Shown here: positions 23,538 to 31,687 of the stretch, piece by piece
Layout: every line of letters starts with the position of its first letter
How positions within the stretch are numbered: position 1 is the stretch's first letter
DNA from: Archaeoglobus fulgidus DSM 4304
GTDB taxonomy: Archaea > Halobacteriota > Archaeoglobi > Archaeoglobales > Archaeoglobaceae
DNA: 32,000 nt
Assembly: GCF_000008665.1 (NCBI RefSeq)
Contig: NC_000917.1
Span: 930,001 to 962,000 of the forward strand
Direction of reading: 5' to 3'
Translations under genes and position numbers: made by a program
The notes under the pieces: model-generated
The model's input: the letters and a program-made list of their open reading frames with translations, nothing else
What the model was told of the DNA's origin: nothing
Database searches by the model: none

Positions 23538-24209
23538 TTAGCGTTTGGAAAAGAGGCTCTGGTAAAGCTCAATAGATGAAACTTCTGCCTCGCTCAGACT
23601 GTCGAGCACCTCCTTCATCTTTTTCGCACTTCTCCTCACCATCTCAAAAACGGTATTTGTGTCCATCTCCTCTGCCAGCTCCGCTACCCCTTGTATAACG
23701 GCGAGGGGGTTCCTCAACCTGTCAGCGAGGAACTGGAATTGCTCAAGATTTTCCTTAAGCCTCTGCATAACCAGCTCGTTTTTCTTCTGAATTTCAAGGT
23801 GCTCTATGGCCCTTGCGAGAACGTCCACCATCTCCTTCAGAATTTGAACATACTCCTCTTCAAGATTCTTCAAAAACACATAGACTGACGTTCCCTCGGC
23901 AGCAGGAAACACTACAAGATAATTATGAGAAACATTTTCGCACTCGCAGTAGTTCGCATCGACTATGCCGAAAACGTTCGGAGTGTAGTTCAGAAACTTG
24001 CAGTTCAGAACGTCTTCCTTCATCCTGTAATGGTTCCCGCCTTTATCCGAAACCACAACAGCCGTGCAATCATCATCTTCAGCCACTATATTGCAGAATA
24101 GCTCTACCATCTCCTCCCTGCTTTTGAACATCCATATCTGGCTTGACAACGTGAAAGCATCGAAAAGGAGGTTGTTAATCCTCCTCAGCTGCTGAATTTC
24201 TTCACTCAT
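23538..24209 (-). CDS. GAF-like protein with a C-terminal DHp-like segment lacking the phospho-acceptor His and lacking an ATPase domain
   Basis: 223 aa. C-terminal QFQFLADRLRNPLAVIQGVAELAEEM has an H-box-like pattern with Asp in place of His. The ATG overlaps the upstream TGA (ATGA coupling). Confidence 0.65.
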   Translation of the reverse strand: MSEEIQQLRRINNLLFDAFTLSSQIWMFKSREEMVELFCNIVAEDDDCTAVVVSDKGGNHYRMKEDVLNCKFLNYTPNVFGIVDANYCECENVSHNYLVVFPAAEGTSVYVFLKNLEEEYVQILKEMVDVLARAIEHLEIQKKNELVMQRLKENLEQFQFLADRLRNPLAVIQGVAELAEEMDTNTVFEMVRRSAKKMKEVLDSLSEAEVSSIELYQSLFSKR

Positions 24210-24850
24210 GAGCTACCTCCCGATAGCACTTTAAGTCGTTGTATCATCTCTTGCAGCTCTGCCTCAAGCTCTTCTGCAGAGAACTTCTGCCCCTTTAAAT
24301 CCCTTAGCAAGTCAATCTCTTCCTCCTCCTTGGTTTCTACTTCCTTTGCAAGGCTTGAGATCAAATCGTCCTCCTCGTCGAACTCCACCTCTTCCACCTC
24401 CTCTTCCTCCTCTTCTTCCTCTTGCTCATCTGCGTCGAGAGGTATTTCCTGTCCGAGATCCTCGAAGTCCATGTCGAGGTCCGAGTTCAGCTCAGGCAAA
24501 TCGGGTATGTCCGGAAGCTTCTCCTCGTCCGGCTCAGGCGCTTCAACTTTTATCTCCGAAGCCGTCTCCATTTCCTCAAGCAGGTTGTCGTCTGGCTCAA
24601 CATTCGCATCGTCAAGGGGAACCACCTTCTCCTCAGCAGGTTTCGGGTTGATGCTCACACCGGCATTAACAACCTCCTCAAGCTCCCTGTCAACCTCCTT
24701 TATCTTCTCCTCCACCTCCTTTTTGCTCCTCAATTTTGGCATGCCCAAAGAAAGCTTGCCCAGCGAAAGCTTACCTCCAACTCTCTCGTAAACGTACGGG
24801 ATTGCGAGGATGAACCCCGCAAAGGCAATTCCTATTAGCATCTCAATCAT
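24206..24850 (-). CDS. Membrane-anchored, strongly acidic protein downstream of flaJ; function unknown, possible archaellum accessory protein
   Basis: 214 aa. Single N-terminal hydrophobic segment (MIEMLIGIAFAGFILAIPYVYERV), charged helical region, Glu-rich low-complexity tract, amphipathic C-terminus (SAEELEAELQEMIQRLKVLSG). Confidence 0.65.
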   Translation of the reverse strand: MIEMLIGIAFAGFILAIPYVYERVGGKLSLGKLSLGMPKLRSKKEVEEKIKEVDRELEEVVNAGVSINPKPAEEKVVPLDDANVEPDDNLLEEMETASEIKVEAPEPDEEKLPDIPDLPELNSDLDMDFEDLGQEIPLDADEQEEEEEEEEVEEVEFDEEDDLISSLAKEVETKEEEEIDLLRDLKGQKFSAEELEAELQEMIQRLKVLSGGSS

Positions 24851-24863
24851 ACCGCATCACCTC

Positions 24864-26489
24864 CTACTCAACAAAGGATGGGAGCGTGAAGGCCCACTTC
24901 ACGACCGGAGGGACTACAAGCATGAGCAACCCTGAAAGTATTGCAAATATTGCCCCATAGTAGAGGTAGAGATACCTCCCTCCGCCCTTGACAACATTAG
25001 CCGCAAGGGTGTTTGCTATAGTGAGTGAAAGTATTATCCAGACAGAGTACTGATTCAGCAGGTCCGTCGGAATTCCGGAGAAGATTCCTATGTTCAGCCC
25101 CTGCATCCCACCCGGAATTTTGCTGAAAACCTCTCCAGTGCTCACACCACCAAGCTGGCTGGCGAAGAGGTTTGAGATGTAGTCGGAAAATATCGCGAGA
25201 ATCTGCGTTATGAAGAGCACGAGCCCAACCATTGCCAGATGGAGTGGTATTATGAGGTTGATGAAGCCAGAAGAAATCAAGTCCCTCTTCAGCCTCAGCA
25301 AAACCATTTCCAAGTTTGAGGATGACACTATCTCCCCAACAACGTCTGCATCACCTCCCAAATCCGTTGCGTCAACGAATATTGCGGTCAGCTTGCTAAT
25401 CAGATAGCTTCCGCTCTCCCCCACAAACCTCTCCCATGAGAGCTTCGCATCAAGTCCCATCGAAAGCCTTCTGTAAAGCTGCATGACAAGCTCCCTCAAC
25501 TCTCCCAGATTTTTCTGGTCTATCCTGCTCAAAGCTTCTGCAACGGAAACTCCAGCACCCGACTTAATAGCCCCCAGACTTCTTATGAAAGCTGTGAAGG
25601 CCTCATCCCTCTTGCTGATTTTCTGGTCGTCAATTCTTGCTAGGTAACCAACTGGAAGGAGGACCAAACCGGCAAGAAGAAAGCCAACGCCCCTGTAATC
25701 CGCTTTCGGTAGTATGCCCAACCCACCCCCTGTGAAATTCAGAAGCGTGGGCAGCACTGTGAGAAAGAGCACAGCAAAAAATGCAATCGGTATTAACATG
25801 GGAGCGAGCCTTGAAATTGCCGTCTGCTCCTTTGACTTGATTTTTAGGTCGTGCACCTTCTTGTCCTTTGGAACGGCCTTGAAAAGCATGAAAACTCCGA
25901 AGAGCGAAATTGCGAAGTTTGCAAAGGCTGACGCCGTTAAAGTTGCTCCAGGGTCGCCTGCGCTGTAGATAATGACCGAAAGCAGAACGACAACGGAAAT
26001 TAACGATGCGGAAACGAGAAGTGACGTGTAGGCGTCGCTCCACTTTCTCAGGCTCTCGAGGTTCCTCTCGTATTCGTCCTTTCTTATGGTCTTGAAGGCC
26101 CTCCATTCCCTCTCTAAGAACTCGTTGTCTGGCTCCCCTGCTGCAATAGCATTTGCCATTCTGTTGAAAAGCTTCTTCAGCCTCTCGTGCTTAATCTTCT
26201 CTGCAATTAAATCGCATGCAGTAGCATAATCGTAGTGCCACTTCTGCGTCAAATCCTTTACTTTTGAAAAATACCTGCTCGGAGCGTACTCCTTCTTCTC
26301 TGAAACCATTTCAAAAATTTTGTCCCTTGAGAGGTTGGCGGTTGACAGTGAAGCCATGTAAGTGAGGGTGAAGAGAAGGTCGTTGTCCATCAGAAGGTCC
26401 TTTCCCCTGCTCCTCAGAACATCAAGTACCTTCCCAAACCTCCCGAATCCGAGCGAGAGCTTAGGAACCTTTGCCGTTTTAACCTCCAT
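24864..26489 (-). CDS. flaJ: Archaellum assembly platform membrane protein FlaJ/ArlJ (TadC/GspF family)
   Basis: 541 aa with multiple transmembrane segments, two T2SSF-like regions, immediately downstream of flaI. Confidence 0.93.
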   Translation of the reverse strand: MEVKTAKVPKLSLGFGRFGKVLDVLRSRGKDLLMDNDLLFTLTYMASLSTANLSRDKIFEMVSEKKEYAPSRYFSKVKDLTQKWHYDYATACDLIAEKIKHERLKKLFNRMANAIAAGEPDNEFLEREWRAFKTIRKDEYERNLESLRKWSDAYTSLLVSASLISVVVLLSVIIYSAGDPGATLTASAFANFAISLFGVFMLFKAVPKDKKVHDLKIKSKEQTAISRLAPMLIPIAFFAVLFLTVLPTLLNFTGGGLGILPKADYRGVGFLLAGLVLLPVGYLARIDDQKISKRDEAFTAFIRSLGAIKSGAGVSVAEALSRIDQKNLGELRELVMQLYRRLSMGLDAKLSWERFVGESGSYLISKLTAIFVDATDLGGDADVVGEIVSSSNLEMVLLRLKRDLISSGFINLIIPLHLAMVGLVLFITQILAIFSDYISNLFASQLGGVSTGEVFSKIPGGMQGLNIGIFSGIPTDLLNQYSVWIILSLTIANTLAANVVKGGGRYLYLYYGAIFAILSGLLMLVVPPVVKWAFTLPSFVE

Positions 26490-26492
26490 ACG

Positions 26493-28379
26493 CTACACCT
26501 TGATAGCAAGCAATCCGCTCTTGTAAATCTTCGATATGGACTTGAAAAACTCGTAGAAGTCAGTAACTCCCTGCTCGTGGAGCTTCTTCAGAATTTTCGC
26601 CCTCTTCTCAACCTCCTCGTAAATCAGCTTCTTCTTGTTCGGTGGAATTCCCAGCCTCGTCGCAATTTTCTGCTCAAGGAGGTAGGAGCTTCCGTAGCCG
26701 GTGAAAACGTGCGTATCTGTAACAGGGTCCCACTGAAAAACCTCAATGAAGGACACTCCCCCCTTCTGCGGGTTGTAGCCAACAATCTCGCTGACGCTCA
26801 GAACCCTTCTAACGAGCTTCCCATCCGGCCTTCTTACCGCACTCTGTATGACGACAAAGTTCAGGTTGTCGATGAAGGTTTTGGGCACGCTGATGGGTTC
26901 TGTAGTAAGCCTCTGAATCAGCTTCTCAACCGTGGCTGCGTGGAAGGTAGACATGACCGGGTGGCCTGTCTGCATGGCCTGGAATGCAATGTTCCCCTCA
27001 ACACCTCTAATCTCACCAACCAGGATGTAATTGGGCCTCTGCCTCAATGCTGCTTTGAGCAAATCGAACATCGTAACGTCGCTACCACCACCCTCACCAA
27101 TACCTCCTGCCCTCGTTGAGCCTCTCGTAACCTCCCTCGTCCAGTTCTTGTGCGGAACCTGCAGCTCCGGAGTGTCCTCAATTGAAACGACCTTAGCCTC
27201 AGGCCTTATGAAGGCTGTAATGGCATTCAGCAACGTTGTCTTACCGCTGGCAGTTTCACCGCAGATAAAGCCGCTCATCCCCTCACTGATGAGAAGCCAT
27301 AAGTAGCCGGCAATCATGTAGTCGAGGGAGCCGAACTCGATTAGCTGAAGAACGCTGAAGGGCGTTTCGTTGAACTTTCTGATGGTGAAGTTGCTGCCGT
27401 TCTTGCTGATGTCGTTGCCAAAGACTATGTTAATTCTGCTCCCGTCGGGCAGCGTAGCGTCAACGATTGGGTCTTTGTAGGTGACAGGCTTTCCGATCCT
27501 CTCAGCCAGCCGGATTATGAACTTGTTCAGCGTTTCCTCATCTCTGAACTCGATAACGCTTTTGAGCCCCTTGAAAATCTTGTGCTCAACGAATATTGGC
27601 CCGAGACCGCTGCAGGAAATGTCCTCTATGTACTTGTCCCTGATGTAGGGCTCAAGCACACCCAGTCCCACTTTATCCCTTATCAAAGCATACTCTAAAG
27701 CCTTGAACTGCTCTTTGGTAACCTTCAGCTTTCCCATCACAGCTCTGCTTCCATTCTTCCCGTTCTTCCAAAAAGGCAGCCTGAAGGGAAACCTGAATTT
27801 GGGCGTCAGCTTAACCTCGCCCCTGCTATCATCCATAAAGGACTCTTCCTTATCAACGATTTCGCAGACCTCCCTGAGCGCCTCTTTCAGAATCTTTATC
27901 TTCTCCTCATTATCCTCTGGGTCGAAGTCTATATCCGTTATGTAGTCTACAAGCCTTATTTCAACCTCTTTGAGGAGTTCGTCAACACCCGTAAGCAGGG
28001 TTGGTTCGATTGGGATGTAGAAGTTCCTCATGTCGTTTTTGTCGGGGTAAACGTGAATGTAAATCTGCTCGTCGGCGGGATAAATGAGATTTGGCCTGTC
28101 GAGGTCTCCGTGCTTTTTCCTGTCCAGCTTCGGAGCGAATTTCGGAATTCCGATTTTGTCGAGGGGGAGGATATGGAGGTACTCAAGAAGGTGAAGGTTC
28201 TTCTCAACCTCCTTCTTCATTCTGTCGGGGAGGAGCTTGTAAATTCCGCACGAAGCTAAATTGGAGTGGTCGTGGTCCTCCTCAAGCACTCTCGGCTTGA
28301 ACGGGAAGTTGGCAACAACTCCCTGCTTCAATCCCTTCGGCTTCAAACTGAAATCGAGCTTGTCAACCTCGCTTCCCAT
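26493..28379 (-). CDS. flaI: Archaellum motor ATPase FlaI/ArlI
   Basis: 628 aa secretion-type ATPase: GFICGETASGKTTLLNAITAFI, VVSIEDTPEL, LLKAALRQRPNYILVGEIRGVEG, MQTGHPVMSTFHA. Confidence 0.95.
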   Translation of the reverse strand: MGSEVDKLDFSLKPKGLKQGVVANFPFKPRVLEEDHDHSNLASCGIYKLLPDRMKKEVEKNLHLLEYLHILPLDKIGIPKFAPKLDRKKHGDLDRPNLIYPADEQIYIHVYPDKNDMRNFYIPIEPTLLTGVDELLKEVEIRLVDYITDIDFDPEDNEEKIKILKEALREVCEIVDKEESFMDDSRGEVKLTPKFRFPFRLPFWKNGKNGSRAVMGKLKVTKEQFKALEYALIRDKVGLGVLEPYIRDKYIEDISCSGLGPIFVEHKIFKGLKSVIEFRDEETLNKFIIRLAERIGKPVTYKDPIVDATLPDGSRINIVFGNDISKNGSNFTIRKFNETPFSVLQLIEFGSLDYMIAGYLWLLISEGMSGFICGETASGKTTLLNAITAFIRPEAKVVSIEDTPELQVPHKNWTREVTRGSTRAGGIGEGGGSDVTMFDLLKAALRQRPNYILVGEIRGVEGNIAFQAMQTGHPVMSTFHAATVEKLIQRLTTEPISVPKTFIDNLNFVVIQSAVRRPDGKLVRRVLSVSEIVGYNPQKGGVSFIEVFQWDPVTDTHVFTGYGSSYLLEQKIATRLGIPPNKKKLIYEEVEKRAKILKKLHEQGVTDFYEFFKSISKIYKSGLLAIKV

Positions 28380-28431
28380 ATCCTCCCCCCTTCATTATAA
28401 TAACTATTACTACTATCAACTGATGTTGCTA

Positions 28432-28485
28432 TTAACCTTTGCTTTCATTTTTGGGATTACACTGCACCTTGTGACCAAAGGTTAA
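28432..28485. repeat. 10-bp perfect inverted repeat (TTAACCTTTG...CAAAGGTTAA) with a 34-nt spacer
   Basis: Arms at 28432..28441 and 28476..28485. The distal arm covers the flaH stop codon (28482..28484). Confidence 0.85.
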
Positions 28486-29216
28486 GCCCTCGCCTCGGAG
28501 ACAGGAATAATCTTCAGCCCGAATCCGGGGTGCACCTCGAAGCTGACTATGTTGCCTGTCGTCTTCCTCGCTCCGCGAATCTTCGAAACCTCAAGAACGC
28601 TCACGTATCTGTCTCCAACCTGCTCTTTTCTGAGAAACAGATGGCAATCACACGCCGACCTGATTCTGACGAGAGTATCCTCTTTAAATGCGTGCTGGTG
28701 AAGCGTGATGAGAATTGTTTTGCCGTTATCGCAGAGATTCTTCAGCCTCGTTAGAAACTCCAGAACGTCATCCTCCGTAGAGTATGTCGTGAACATCGTT
28801 AGGGAATCTATTATTGCAATGTTCTCCCTAATTGTTTTGATGTGGTTCGCCACCAAGTTTAGTATGCTTCTCATCTGCTCCGTGCTCCAGTCAATCCCCT
28901 CAAGATGGACGGGAAAGACTCTGAGGTAGCCCCACGCGTAGAAGTCAGAGACATCAAGGCTCAGGGACTCCATCTGCCTCAAAAAGCTCTTTATCGTGTT
29001 TTCTGTGGTGTAGTAAGCTATGTTGTGCCCGCTCATCAGCCCTCCGTAAACGAACTGCTGACAGAGAACCGACTTTCCTGTGTCGTTTTCCCCCTCAATC
29101 AGCGTCAGAGAGCCGAGAGGAATCCCACCGCCAAGTCTCTTGTCTATTTCACCATTACCGCTCGATAAGATATTCTTCTTCTTTTCCTCCTCCAAATCAG
29201 CCAAACTCTCTACCAT
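28482..29216 (-). CDS. flaH: Archaellum KaiC-like ATPase FlaH/ArlH
   Basis: 244 aa. LGGGIPLGSLTLIEGENDTGKSVLCQQFVYGGL and NIAIIDSLTMFTTYS. Confidence 0.94.
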   Translation of the reverse strand: MVESLADLEEEKKKNILSSGNGEIDKRLGGGIPLGSLTLIEGENDTGKSVLCQQFVYGGLMSGHNIAYYTTENTIKSFLRQMESLSLDVSDFYAWGYLRVFPVHLEGIDWSTEQMRSILNLVANHIKTIRENIAIIDSLTMFTTYSTEDDVLEFLTRLKNLCDNGKTILITLHQHAFKEDTLVRIRSACDCHLFLRKEQVGDRYVSVLEVSKIRGARKTTGNIVSFEVHPGFGLKIIPVSEARA

Positions 29217-29227
29217 GCTCTCACCTC

Positions 29228-29707
29228 CTAAACACTAAAATCTGCGCTGTCGCAAACCGCATTCGGAGTGCAGATTAGCAGAACGTAAGTACCGTTCTGG
29301 AGCGGCTGCACTGCTTCGAGCTTCGCCACCTCCTGCGGGTCGAAAATTCCGGGATTGATCAGCTCGTTCGTAATTGAAAACACGGTGGAGTTTACGTAGA
29401 ACGAAACCATTTCCCCGCCTGATGTTCTGCCGTAAACTATTGCATCAAACTCGCTGAAGTCAGGATACCTCTCATCTCCGGTATTCTTGAAGTATGCAAC
29501 AATCTTCGATGTTGAGTTGTCGTAGCTAACGCTCAGAATTTCGATGTCGCTCCTGAGCTTCTTTACAGCAGAATTTACGGCATCCTTGTAGCTCTCAACT
29601 GACAATTCTGCAATGCTCGTGCTTCCAGCAAGGAAGGTGTAAGCAACCGCCACAATGATCGCAGTCGCCATTATCGCCGCAACAACCGTGTCGAAGCCCA
29701 TGGCCAT
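29228..29707 (-). CDS. flaF: Archaellum stator-like protein FlaF/ArlF
   Basis: ORF 29228..29713; start at 29713, 29707 or 29701. N-terminal MGFDTVVAAIMATAIIVAVAYTFL hydrophobic segment plus a beta-rich domain. Confidence 0.75.
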   Translation of the reverse strand: MAMGFDTVVAAIMATAIIVAVAYTFLAGSTSIAELSVESYKDAVNSAVKKLRSDIEILSVSYDNSTSKIVAYFKNTGDERYPDFSEFDAIVYGRTSGGEMVSFYVNSTVFSITNELINPGIFDPQEVAKLEAVQPLQNGTYVLLICTPNAVCDSADFSV

Positions 29708-30195
29708 CACCACGAGAAGTAATCGTTCGCCCTTACGCCGTTGTACAGCACGAAAGTAAGCAGGTACTCGTCCTGAGGCATCTGATTGGCGTCGATGTTC
29801 TCAACAGCAACCTTCAGCGTCTCTCCTCTCTCCCAGTACTCATCGCCGTCACCGTTTTCAATTGTAAAGGTAACGCCCGTGTCTGAGCCGGTAAAGTGGA
29901 GGTAGGTTGTGGAGGAAGTGAAGAAGATGTCGCTCATGCGTACTAGGTCTGCGTCGAGCCGAGTGCTCCCTGTGTTTTTAACCCAGAAGTAAACGTTTAC
30001 CTTCGTCGCATCGCCAGTAACCTTCACAAAAATGATTTCGATGTCGGTCTCAACCTTCTCGTTCAAATTTCCAGAAACAGAGGTGTATGAGTGGGCCAAG
30101 TCCTTAACTGCGGGCAAAATAACCATAATGGCAGCGGTAACCGCTACCACCGTAGCTATCATCAGGATCGATGTGGATATCACCTCCCTTGCCAT
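29707..30195 (-). CDS. flaG: Archaellum stator-like protein FlaG/ArlG
   Basis: 162 aa. N-terminal hydrophobic helix SILMIATVVAVTAAIMVILPAV, then NEKVETDIEIIFVKV and a beta-rich domain. Confidence 0.78.
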   Translation of the reverse strand: MAREVISTSILMIATVVAVTAAIMVILPAVKDLAHSYTSVSGNLNEKVETDIEIIFVKVTGDATKVNVYFWVKNTGSTRLDADLVRMSDIFFTSSTTYLHFTGSDTGVTFTIENGDGDEYWERGETLKVAVENIDANQMPQDEYLLTFVLYNGVRANDYFSW

Positions 30196-30227
30196 CGTAA
30201 TACCTCAGCGCAGCCGCTCTCACGGCC

Positions 30228-31037
30228 TCACAGCCTCTTGTCCAGTATCAGACTAAGCAGCTTTGAGTCCATGCTCGTATCTGCTGGATTCATCAGCTTG
30301 TGCAGCCTGTAGAGCTCAAGAAGCATGTCCTCGAATCCATCGTTGAGCGAAACAAGCTCTGCAATCTTGCAGATGAAGTCCCTCGCATCCTTTGAGATGT
30401 AGCCAGCAGACTCGAAGAGCTCCAGCATTAGCGTCAGAGAGTCGAGATTGTACTTCTCAAGCATCCCCTTTACCCACTCCATCAGGTTGAACAGCGTGAC
30501 TATGTCGTATTTGGTGATTAAATCAGCAGTCTTCGGAGTCGTTCTCTTCACAGGTTTCTCAAAGCTGTAAGCCTGCAAGCTATCACCTTCCAAATCAACT
30601 TCTTCCATCACCTCCGGGATGGGCTCAGCCGATTTAGATTCATCCAATTCTCTTACAACATCTTCCTCAGGAGGTTCATCCTCCTTAACCTCTTTAAGTT
30701 CAGGTTCCGCTTCCGGCTCGGGTTCGGGCCCGGTTTCGGTTTCAGGTTGCTCCACCTCAGGTTCAGGTTTCGGTGGTTCTGGAATCTGTGCCGGAACAAC
30801 CTGAATCTGCGGCGGCTGATAGGAAGCCCCTCCAGCAAGTGCGCCCTCTGCAAGATTCTGCAGGTTCTGGAAGGGGTTTTCGAGGTTGTTCAGCGTCTCT
30901 CTCAGGTCGAGAAGTAGCTTCTTAACAGACCCCTTCAGAACGTCGAGCTCCTTCTCAAGTCTGTCGATTCTGCCTTCAGCAGTATCGGCCTCTGCACTTG
31001 CCAGAATTTCGTCAATCGCTGCCTGATCGACATCCAT
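30228..31037 (-). CDS. flaD/E: Archaellum accessory protein FlaD/E (ArlD/E)
   Basis: 269 aa. N-terminal coiled coil, Pro/Glu-rich linker, C-terminal FlaD/E domain KTADLITKYDIVTLFNLMEWVKGMLEKYNLDSLTLMLELFESAGYIS. Confidence 0.88.
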   Translation of the reverse strand: MDVDQAAIDEILASAEADTAEGRIDRLEKELDVLKGSVKKLLLDLRETLNNLENPFQNLQNLAEGALAGGASYQPPQIQVVPAQIPEPPKPEPEVEQPETETGPEPEPEAEPELKEVKEDEPPEEDVVRELDESKSAEPIPEVMEEVDLEGDSLQAYSFEKPVKRTTPKTADLITKYDIVTLFNLMEWVKGMLEKYNLDSLTLMLELFESAGYISKDARDFICKIAELVSLNDGFEDMLLELYRLHKLMNPADTSMDSKLLSLILDKRL

Positions 31038-31049
31038 GGTATCACCTCT

Positions 31050-31065
31050 AAAAAATTAAAAATTT
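31050..31065 (-). terminator. T-rich intergenic tract between archaellin and flaD/E, a possible partial terminator
   Basis: Minus strand has CCCCCAAATTTTTAATTTTTTAGAGG directly after the archaellin stop. Confidence 0.35.
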
Positions 31066-31071
31066 GGGGGA

Positions 31072-31686
31072 TTACTTGAGCAGCACCATCATGCTGTCTA
31101 TGCTTGGCGGAGCCTTCAGCTCAATCGGGTATGTTGCGCCTATTGGTGGCTTGACCTCAATTATGAAGTCGTCGTTGGGGTTGATGTCAAGGCCAGCACC
31201 TGTGGAGTCGAGGTAAACGGTAACCTCAGCCTTCTCAAACTCCTCAAGGTAGTTGTCGGGGCTGCTGCCCTGGAGGCTGTAGATCCAGTTGACATAGTAT
31301 TCCGATGCCTTGTCTAAGGAGGAACTATTGCTCTCATACGATAGCTCCACGAAATCTCCGTCCTTCGGAACGAGGACTGTAATGACGGTCTTGTTCAGGT
31401 CGATTGGCTGCCCACCGGCAGCGAGCTGGAGAGTGAAGGTAACTTCGGTTATGTTGTCATTGGTGGTGCTGCCCTTTGCCACGATGCTACCGACAAGCTC
31501 CATGCTGCTCGTCGCCTGCTTTACTCCTGTGTGCACAGTCTCCTGACCCTTCTGCGTTGCGAAGAATCCCGCTCCCAGCAGCACGTAGCTGAAGACCGCA
31601 GCGACGGTCACGAAGGCTATCAGCACGATTGCCGCTTCAAGGCCCGTAAAACCTTTTTCGTTCTTCAGGAACCTCATTCCCATCAC
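31072..31686 (-). CDS. flaB: Archaellin (archaeal flagellin) FlaB
   Basis: MRFLKNEKG|FTGLEAAIVLIAFVTVAAVFSYVLLGAGFF class III signal peptide with hydrophobic helix; C-terminal archaellin PPIGATYPIEL. Start is GTG 31686 or ATG 31683. Confidence 0.93.
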   Translation of the reverse strand: MMGMRFLKNEKGFTGLEAAIVLIAFVTVAAVFSYVLLGAGFFATQKGQETVHTGVKQATSSMELVGSIVAKGSTTNDNITEVTFTLQLAAGGQPIDLNKTVITVLVPKDGDFVELSYESNSSSLDKASEYYVNWIYSLQGSSPDNYLEEFEKAEVTVYLDSTGAGLDINPNDDFIIEVKPPIGATYPIELKAPPSIDSMMVLLK

Positions 31687-31687
31687 C

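Noticed and set aside
24361-24425. CTC/TTC-rich tract as a tandem repeat, CRISPR or polypyrimidine regulatory element
   Set aside because: It is the complement of GAG/GAA codons encoding a Glu-rich segment in frame, and has no regular repeat-spacer structure.
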